Notes under the pieces: generated by a model | Database searches by the model: none | Told to the model about the DNA's origin: nothing | What the model saw: only the letters and a program-made list of their open reading frames with translations | Assembly (NCBI GenBank): GCA_964016885.1 | Contig: OZ024745.1 | Span: 2,232,001-2,296,000, forward strand | From: Eledone cirrhosa | Taxonomy: Eukaryota | Reading direction: 5' to 3' | Length of the DNA stretch: 64,000 nucleotides | Position numbers and translations under genes: made by a program | Shown: positions 40,401 through 52,430 of the stretch, piece after piece | How the letters are laid out: the number at the start of each line of letters is the position of its first letter | Position numbering within the stretch: position 1 is the stretch's first letter

Positions 40401-43400
40401 CACCCACCACATACTACCACCCACTACATACCACCCACCACATACTACCTACCATAAACCACTAAATACCACAACATACCACCACTAAATACCACTAAAT
40501 ACCACAACATACCACAACATATCACCATTACATACCACTACATACCACTACATACCACCACATACCACTATATACCACCACATACCACTATATACCACCA
40601 CATACCACCACTACATACCACTACATACCACTACATACCACCAAATACCACCACATACCACTACATAACACTATATACCACTACATACCACCACACACCA
40701 CCTCATACCACCTCATACCACTACAGACCACTATATACCACCTCACATCACCACATACCACCTCACGCCACCACATGCTACTATATACCACCTCACACCA
40801 CCACATACCACCACAAAGCACCACATACCACTACACACCACTACATACCACCACATACCACTACATGCCTCTACATACCACTACATACCTCTACACACCA
40901 CCACATACCACTACATACCACCATATACCACCACATACCACTACATACCACTACATACCTCTACACACCGCCACACACCACTACATACCACCACATACCA
41001 CCGCATACCACCACATGCCACTATATGCCACCTCATACCACCACATACCACCACATACCATCACATACCACCACATACACTACATACCACTACATACCAC
41101 TGTATACCACACTTACCACTACATACCGCTACATACCACTTTATACCACCACATACCACCATATACCACCACATACCACTACATTCCACTACATTCCACT
41201 ACATACCACCACATAACACTATATCCCACTAAATACCACCACATACCACCTCATACCACAACATACCATCAGCTACCACCACACACCACCTCATACCACA
41301 ACATACCATCAGCTACCACCACATATCACTACATACCACAACATACCAGAACATACCACCACATATCACTACATACTACCACATACCACTACATACCACA
41401 ACATACCAGAACATACCACTACATACTACCACATAGCACTACATACTACCACATACCACTACATACCACCACATACCACTACATACCACCACATACCACT
41501 ACATACCACCATATACCACCACATACCACTACATACCACCATATACCACCACATACCACTACATACCACCACATACCACTACATACCGCCACATACCACT
41601 ACAGACCACGACATACCACTATATACCACCCACCATACACCACAACATGCCACCACATACCACCCACCACATACCTCTACATACCACCATCCATATACCA
41701 CCACATACCTCTACATACCACCAACCATATACCACTACATACTACCACATACCACTAAATGCCACTAAATACCACTACATACCACCACATACCACTACAT
41801 ACCACCATGTACCACTACATACCACCACATACCACCACACACCACTACATACCACCACATACCACCACATACCACCACATACCACCACATACCACCACAT
41901 ACCAATACATATCACTACATACCACCATATACCACTACATACCACCACATACCACCACATACCACCACATACCACCACACACCACTACATACCACTACAT
42001 ACCACTACATACCACTACATACCACCCACCACATACCACTACATACCGCTACATTCCACTACATACCACCACATGCCCCCATATACCACCACATACCACC
42101 ATATACCACCACATACCACCACATACCACCGCATGCCACCATATACCACCACATACCACCATATACCACCACATACCACCACATACCACAACATACCACA
42201 ACATACCACCACATTCCACCACATACCACTACATACCATTACATACCACCACACACCACTACATACCACTACATACCACCACATACCACAACATACCACC
42301 ACATACCACTACATACCACTAAATACCACTACATACCACTAAATACCACTACATACCACCACAGACCACTACATACCACCACATGCAACTACATACCACT
42401 ACATACCACCATATACCACCACATACCACTACATACCACTACATACCACCACATACCACTACATACCACCACATACCACCACTACATATCACTACATACC
42501 ACCACATACCACTACATACCACCACATACCACCACATACCACCACATACCACCACATACCGCCACATACCACCACATACCACCACTACATACCACTACAT
42601 ACCACTACTTACCACTACATAACACCAAATACCAACACATACCACTACATAACACTATATACAACTACATACCACCACACACCACCTCATACCACCTCAC
42701 ACCACTACATACCACTAAATACCACTAAATACCACAACATACCACAACATACCACCACATTCCACCACATACCACTACATACCACCACACACCACTACAC
42801 ACCACTACATACCACCACATACCACCACATACCACCATATACCACCACATACCACAACATACCACCACATACCACAACATACCACAACTTACTACTACAT
42901 ACCACCCACCACATACCTCTACATACCACCACATACCTCTACATACCACCACATACCACTAAATACCACTACATACCACCACATAACACTACATACTACC
43001 ACATGCCACTATATACCATCACATACCAGTACATAGCACTATATAGCACTACATGCCACTACATACCACTACATACCACCACATACCGCCACATACCACT
43101 ACATACCACCACATACCACCACATACCACAACATACCACAACATACCACCACATTCCACCACATTCCACCACATACCACTGCATACCATTACATACCACC
43201 ACACACCACTACATACCACTACATACCACCACATACCACCACATCCCACCACATTCCACCACATACCACTAAATACCATTACATACCACCACACACCACT
43301 ACATACCACTACATACCACCACATACCACCACATCCCACCACATACCACAACATACCACTACATACCACCACATATCACTACATACCCCCCACCATATAC

Positions 43401-46400
43401 CAATACATACCACCACATACCACTACATACCATCACATACCACCACATACTACTACATACCACACATCACATACCACTACATACCGCTACATACCACTAC
43501 ATACCATCACATACCACCACATACCACCATATACCACCACAAACCACTACATACCACCACATACCACTACATACCACTACATGCCACTATATACCACCAC
43601 ATACCACCACATACCACCTCATACCACTACATATCACTACATACCACCACATACCGCCACATACCACTACATACCACAACATACCACAACATACCACCAT
43701 ATTCCACCACATTCCACCACATACCACTGCATACCATTACATACCACTACATACCACCACATACCACTACATACCACCACATACCACCACATACCACCAC
43801 ATACCACTACATACCACCACATACCACTACATACCACCACATACCACTACGTACCACCACATACCACTACATACCACCACATACCACCACATACCACCAC
43901 ATACCACCACATACCACTACATACCACCACATACCACTACATACCACCCACCACATACCACTACATACCGCTACATACCACTACATGCCACTACATACCA
44001 CCACATACCACTACATACCACCCACGACATACCACTACATACCGCTACATACCACTACATACCATCACATACCACCACATACCACCATATACCACCAAAT
44101 ACCACCACATACCGCCACATACCACTACATACCACCACATACCACAACATACCACAACATACCACCACATTCCACCACATTCCACCACATACCACTGCAT
44201 ACCATTACATACCATTACATACCACCACACACCACTACATACCATTACATACCACCACATACCACCACATCCCACCACATACCACAACATACCACTACAT
44301 ACCACCACATATCACTACATACCCCCCACCATATACCAATACATACCACCACATACCACTAAATACCACAACATACCACAACATACCACCATTACATACC
44401 ACTACATACCACTACATACCACTACATACCACCACATACGACTACATACCACCACATGCCACTATAGACCACCACATTCCACTACATACCACCACTACAT
44501 ACCACCGAAGACCACTACAGACCACCACATGCAACTATATACCACCACATACCACCATATACCACCACATACCACCACATACCACTACATACCACTACAT
44601 ACCACCACATACCACTACATACCACCACATACCACCACATACCACCACATACCACCACATACCACCATATACCACCACTACATACCACCATATACCACCA
44701 CTACATACCACTACATATCACCACATACCACTACATAACACCAAATACCACCACTTACCACTACATAACACTATACACAACTACATACCACCACACACCA
44801 CCTCATACCACCTCATACCACAACATACCACAACATACCACCAGATACCACCACATACCACTACATACCACCACACACCACTACACACCACCACATGCTA
44901 CCATATACCACCACATACCACCACATACCACTACATACCACCACATACCACCACATACCATCACATACCACCACATACCACTACATACCACCACATACCA
45001 CCACGTACCACCACATACCACAACATACCACTACATACCACCACATATCACTACATACCCCCACCATATACCAATACATACCACCACATACCACTAAATA
45101 CCACTAAATACCACTAAATACCACAACGTACCACAACATACCACCATTACATACGACTACATACTACTACATACCACCACATACCACTACATACCACCAC
45201 ATACCACTACATACCACAACTACATACCACTACATACCACCACTACATACCACTACATACCACCACAGACAACTACATACCACCACAGACAACTACATAC
45301 CACCACAGACAACTACATACCACCACAGACAACTACATACCACCACATGCAACTGTATACCACCATTACATACCACTACATACCACTAAATACCACTACA
45401 TACCACGACAGACAACTACATACCACCACATGCAACTATATACCACCACATACCACCATATACCACCACATACCACCACATACCACTACATACCACTACA
45501 TACCACCACATACCACCACATACACTACATACCACGACATACCACTACATACCACTATATACCACCACATACCACTACATACCACTACATATCACTACAT
45601 ACCACTATATACCACCACATACCACTACATACCACCACATACCACCACATACCACTACATACCACTACATACCACCACATACCACTACATACCCCCACAT
45701 ACCACCACATACTACTACATACCACTACATACCACCAATCACATACCACCACATACCACTACATACCACCACATACCACTACATGCCACCACATACCACT
45801 ACATACCACTAAATACCACCCACTACATACCACCCACCACATACCACTACATACTACCAACCATATACCACTATATACCACTACATACCACCACATACCA
45901 CTACATACCACCACATACCACTATATACCACCACTACATACCACTACATACCACCACGTACCACTACATGACACCAAATACCACCACATACCACTACATA
46001 ACACTATATACCACTACATACCACCACACATCACCTCATACCACCTCATACCACTACATACCACTACATACCACTACATACCACTACATACCACCTCACA
46101 CCACCACATACCACCTCACACCACCACATGCTACTATATACCACCTCACACCACCACATACCATCACATACACTATATACCACTACATACCACCAAATAC
46201 CACTACATACCACAACATACCACCAAATACCACAACATACCACCAAATACCACTACATACCACAACATACCATCACATACCACCACATACCACTACATAC
46301 CACTACATACCACTACATACCACTGTATACCACCATATACCACTACATAACACTACATACCACTGTATACCACCACATACCACCACATACCACCACATAC

Positions 46401-47449
46401 TACTACATACCACCACATACCACTACATGCCTCTACATACCACCACATACCACCACATACCACCACATACGTCTACACACCACCACACACCACTACATAC
46501 CACTACATACCACCATATACCACCACATACCACTACATACCACCACATACCACTACATACCACCACATACCACTACATATCTCTACATACCACTACATAC
46601 CACTACATACCACCACATACGACTACATACGACCACATACCACTACATACCACCACATACCACTACATATCACCACATACCACTACATACCACCACATAC
46701 CACTACATACCTCTACACACCACCACACACCACTACATACCACCACATACCACCTCCTACCACCACATGCCACTATATACCATTACATACCACCACATAC
46801 CACTACATACCCCCACATACCACTACATACCCCCACATACCACTACATACCACCACATACCACTACATACCACCACATACCACTACATACCTCTACACAC
46901 CACCACACACCACTACATACCACCACATACCACCTCATACCACCACATGCCACTATATACCACTACATACCACTACATACCACTACATACCACCACATAG
47001 CACTACATACCACCACACACCACTACATACCACCACATACCACCTCATACCACCACATGCCACTATATACCACCTCACGCCACCACATACCACCACATAC
47101 CATCTCATACCACGACATACACTACATACCACTACATACCACTGTATACCACCACATACCACTACATACCACTGTATACCACTGTATACCACCACATACC
47201 ACTACATACCACTACATACCACCACATAATACTATATACCACTACATACCACCACACACCAACTCATACCACAACATACCACAACATACCATCACATACC
47301 ACCACATATCACTACATACTACCACATACCACCACATACCACTACATACCACCACATACCAGAACATACCACCACAAAGCACTACATACTACCACATACC
47401 ACTACATACTACCACATACCACTACATACCACCACATACCACTACATAC

Positions 47450-48690
47450 CACCATATACCACTACATACCACCACATACCACCACATACCACCACATACC
47501 ACCACAAACGACTACATACCACCACATACCACCACATACTACTACATACCACTACATACCAACCACCACATACCACTACATACCACTACATACCACCCAC
47601 CACATACCACTACATACCACCACATACCACTACATGCCACCATATACCACTAAATGCCACCCACTACATACCACTAAATACCACCCACTACATATCACCC
47701 ACCACATACCACTACATACCACCCACCGCAAACCACTACATACTACCACATAACACTACATACTACCACATACCACTACATACTACCACATACCACCACA
47801 TACTACTACATACCACTACATACCACCCACCACTACATACCACCACATACCACTACATGCCACCATATACCACTAAATACCACCCACTACCACCCACTAC
47901 ATATCACCCACCACATACCACTACATACCACCCACCATATACCACTACATACCACCCACCATATACCACTATTTACCACCACATACCACTAAATACCACT
48001 AAATACCACTAAATACCACTAAATACCACAACATACCACCACATTCCACCACATACCACTACATACCACCATATACCACTACATACCACCACATACCACC
48101 ACATACCACCACATACCACCACAAACGACTACATACCACCACATACCACCACATACTACTACATACCACTACATACCAACCACCACATACCACTACATAC
48201 CACTACATACCACCCACCACATACCACTACATACCACCACATACCACTACATGCCACCATATACCACTAAATGCCACCCACTACATACCACTAAATACCA
48301 CCCACTACATATCACCCACCACATACCACTACATACCACCCACCGCAAACCACTACATACTACCACATAACACTACATACTACCACATACCACTACATAC
48401 TACCACATACCACCACATACTACTACATACCACTACATACCACCCACCACTACATACCACCACATACCACTACATGCCACCATATACCACTAAATACCAC
48501 CCACTACCACCCACTACATATCACCCACCACATACCACTACATACCACCCACCATATACCACTACATACCACCCACCATATACCACTATTTACCACCACA
48601 TACCACTAAATACCACTAAATACCACTAAATACCACTAAATACCACAACATACCACCACATTCCACCACATACCACTACATACCACCACA
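47450..48690. repeat. 617-bp tandem duplication near the satellite edge
   Basis: Rare markers ACAAACG (47504/48121) and ATTTACC (47971/48588) both recur at +617. Boundaries are approximate. Confidence 0.85.
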
Positions 48691-50072
48691 CACCACTACA
48701 CACCACTACACACCACTACATACCACCACATACCACCATATACCACCACATACCACCACATACCACAACATACCACAACATACCACTACATACCACCCAC
48801 CACATACCTCTACATACCACCAACCATATACCACTACATACCACCATATACCACTACATACCACTAAATACCACTATATACCACCACATACCACTACATA
48901 CCACCACATGCCACTATATACCACCACATATCACTACATAGCACTACATAGCACTACATACCACCACATACCACTACATACCACTACCTGCCACTACATA
49001 CCACCACATACCACCACATACCACCACATACCACCACATACCACTACATATCACTGCATACCACCACATACCACTACATACCACTACATACCACCACATA
49101 CCACCAGATACCACCACATACCACTACATACCACCACATACCACCACATACCACCACACACCACTACATACCACCACACACCACTACATACCACCACACA
49201 CCACTACATACCACCACATACCACCCACCACATACCACTACATACCACCACCCACCACATACCACTACATACCACCCACCACATACCACCCACCACATAC
49301 CACTACATACCGCTACATACCACTACAAACCATCACATGCCACCATATACCACCACATACCACCACATACCACCACATACCATTACATACCACCACATAC
49401 CACCACATACCACCACTACATACCACCACATACCACCACATACCACCACATACCACCACACACCACTACATACCACTACATACCACCACATACCACCACA
49501 TACCACCCACCACATACCACTACATACCACTACATACCGCTACATACCACTACATACCACTACATACCATCACATGCCACCATATACCACCACATACCAC
49601 CATATACCACCACATGCCACCACATACCACCACATACCACTACATACCATCACATACCACCATATACCACCACATACCACTCCATACCACCACATACCAC
49701 CACATACCACTACATACCATCACATACCAATACATACCCCCATATACCACCACATAACACTATATGTTTCTGAAATTGGGTGATGGAATGACCTTATAAC
49801 GATATTATTTGTTGCATGAATCGTTCTGTTAGTCACACCATCTATCTCTCCATTTAACTATCTATCTATCTTGATAGAGTAAGACACGCTTCACATCGGC
49901 TCCGCTATTCCATCGGAATTTACCCTTACTATAGTAAGTACCAGAGAATTTTTTCAGTGCAACACATTCTAAACACCTACCCCTATTATTTAGGGAAACA
50001 TTTTTACATTTACCCCCTTTTTAGGGGGTAAAATAAATATCTATTTTGCTGTAAAATCTCTTTCTCGGCAGC

Positions 50073-51948
50073 ATGGCGGAAAAGATGGCAGACATGTCTG
50101 CCATTAGCTCTGCCACGCCCCCCCCCCTTCCCCCCAGTCTGAAGAACAAAAAGAAATAGATACAACAAAACTAGACAACGAAACAAACAAGGAAAATGAA
50201 AAAACAAATGTTACGGAAAATGAGCAAACGGAAAATAAACAAACAGAAAAAAAGAACACAAATAACAACAAGGCAACTTTCGCCCAGAAAACAAAACAGT
50301 CCATAACATATACACCAATAGACTTAACTGCCGCCAGAGAAAAACTGGCCGAAGCAAAAAAACACATAGACTTGGGGGAGAACGGAATGTTTTCCATTAA
50401 CTGCCCCCCCCCCCCCCCCCCCCGAATCCAAGAAAGCGAGAACAGAGAGCACAGTTCTCTTCAGAACAATATTAAACCAAACGAGAAAGCTAGCCAAATG
50501 AAGATAGAGTTGGTCCTAAAAGACTATATGAAGAATATTCTCTTCATACGAAAGGACCGACTCTATGGCAGCATTTCGGTCTTAACAAAAGACAAGGAAA
50601 CGGCGGAGAAGCTTTCCCTAAGCCCACTCTCATCAACAACATACAGCTTCTATCCCTCCTACATGGGTAGAAGAACACAGAGAGTCAAAGTACAAACAAT
50701 GCTGCCCACAATGGACTTCTGGTGGGCTATTGCTGGCTTCATAGACATGGGCGAAGACACAGTGCTGTCAATGAGGAAGGCATCTGGAGATGCGTTCCTG
50801 GGAATGGGCCTCGACCTACTAGTCCAAATGAGGCCCGAAAGAGTGGCACAAATCCCGGATCGCATCTGGCTGGATGACCTCACCCCAATAGATATACTTG
50901 TAGAGGGGAGAAAACCAGCATGCTATTTATGCACGGAAAGGGGACACGTTAAGGCTAACTGCCCGAAACGTATCCCCCAAAAAGGACTATTGCCCACACC
51001 CACCACAAACAGTACACCAACACCACCCACCTCCAAAAATACACTAATACCACACACAGCAAACAAAATACAGACACCACCAACCACAAGCACAACACAA
51101 ACATCACCACCACCAGCACCAAACACAAGCACGACACAAAAATCACCACCACCATCACCAACCACAACACAAACACCACCACCACCATCACCAACCACAA
51201 GCACCACACAAACATCACCACCACCACCACAAAACGCATTCCAAACAAATAATAAAAAAAAAACAGCAACAAATCTACCCCTCCCGCAAAAAAAAAACAA
51301 CCAGACACCACGTCCCTCCCACCTAGCGCTGAAGAGTTTCCCCCAACTTCTGAAGAAGAAGGAGGAGAAGCCTTCAGACAAGTTAAAAGAAAAAAAAGAA
51401 AGCACACACCCAGCACACCACAAATAACCCACACACAAACACCAACTCCAATCAAAAACACCCCACCCTCAACAAACAAAAATAAATCTGCGCCTCCCCT
51501 CTCCGAAACATTGACAGCATCACAAAAAAAGACGTTGCAATACACATATATAAATAAAGAAAACAAAAAACTGTTTAAATTAATAAACAATAGCCCTTTG
51601 GTGCAGACCGAGTGGCCAAACTTTATCTCAACAGAGAACTTCACCCATTTAAAAATGATAAAGGTCCCTCTGGACCTTTATCGTTCCTTAAAAGAACAAT
51701 TTAGACAGGACGTGAGCCCCCCCCCCCCCTGTTTAAAACCGTTAAATCGCGTCCTCTTGAAAGATTTCCCCATAACCTCCCCTCTCCCTGACACAACTCC
51801 AAATACCCCCCCCCCCCCACCACCACCACACTCGGGTACCCCCACACCACCACAAAACATCCCTCCACCCAACACACCTGACGCCATGGAAATTACACAA
51901 CCCGGAGAGGTAGGTGCTTTTCTTTCTTCACTTTCAACACCAAAATAG
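50073..51948 (+). pseudogene. Retrotransposon ORF1 (gag-like nucleic-acid-binding protein), reconstructed across two frameshifts
   Basis: ATG at 50073 (MAEKMADM...). A shift in the C10 run at 50118-50127 enters the frame of ORF 50372, which has CX2CX4HX4C CYLCTERGHVKANC (50921-50962) and a Pro/Thr-rich tract. A second shift in the A10 run at 51254-51263 enters the frame reading EGGEAFRQVKRKKRK and ORF 51511, ending at TAG 51948. Confidence 0.8.
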
Positions 51949-51953
51949 ATCAA

Positions 51954-52430
51954 TTGAGAGTTGGCTGTTTGAACGCGCGTGGCCTGGGCTCAGCTTGGAA
52001 GCAAGCAAAGCTTCTAAGTGACCTCAGGTCACAAAGTATAGATGTGATGGTTGTTTGCGAGAGTCGGATCAGCAGCGTGCGACAGCTGGCTCCCGCCTTC
52101 GATGACTTTGAGATGCACGCATCTCTCTGTCAACCCGGAGGCGGAGGGGAGTTGCCGTACTGCTGGATAAACGTCTGGCTCACGACGTACAGATTGTTCA
52201 CTCGGACCCGGGGCGTCGATTACTGGTGCTGGACGTCGGAGGCGGTGAAGGCGGGGCTTTCAGACTGGTCGGTCTTTATGCCCCCTTCGGGGCTGAAAGA
52301 GCCGACTTGTTCCAGCGTCTGGAGACTTTTCTAGGAACGTCGCGTTCCCTGCTTTTAGTGGAGGACTGGAATTGAATCCTAGATGCGCGTTGGGACTATG
52401 CAGGGGCATGTCCCGATAGAGGGGGGGTGT
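51954..52430 (+). pseudogene. Disrupted N-terminal AP-endonuclease portion of ORF2
   Basis: LRVGCLNARGL and DVMVVCESR, then a frameshift near 52146 to GVAVLL...RLVGLYAP...LLLVEDWN* (TGA 52373-52375), and a shift back in the G7 run at 52421-52427 into ORF 52383. These are the canonical APE motifs (N.RGL, QE, GVA, YAP, GDFN). Confidence 0.88.

Larger units (their letters stand above)
1..49765. repeat. Satellite array of 10-bp monomer ACATACCAC(C/T), roughly 5,000 monomer-lengths, open at the left window edge
   Basis: Continuous tandem ACATACCACC/ACATACCACT with point variants (AAATACCACT, ACATACCACA, ACATGCCACC, ACATTCCACC) and 13/14-nt length variants. It ends abruptly at ...cacataacactatat|gtttctgaaa. 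Confidence 0.99.

Noticed and set aside
1000-49530. Trp/Val/Cys/Gly-rich - strand ORFs (MWWYVVVCGG) resembling membrane or keratin-associated proteins
   Set aside because: Antisense translation of the same satellite.
1-49765. Satellite as a telomerase-made telomere (C-rich strand at the left end)
   Set aside because: Orientation fits, but the array is highly variant with kb-scale duplications, unlike templated telomeric repeats, and the expected motif in molluscs is TTAGGG. A subtelomeric location is not excluded.
512-49783. Long His/Thr/Pro/Tyr-rich ORFs on + (up to 768 aa, e.g. 45347-47653) resembling histidine-rich or extensin-like proteins
   Set aside because: A 10-bp repeat lacking stops gives the same HHIPPHTTTY decapeptide in all three frames. 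ORFs overlap in every frame, indels are not frame-preserving, and there is no signal peptide or unique domain.
50980-51240. LINE ORF1 ACC-rich Pro/Thr tract as the source of the satellite
   Set aside because: It shares only CCACCA trinucleotide character. There is no ACATACCACY 10-bp periodicity.
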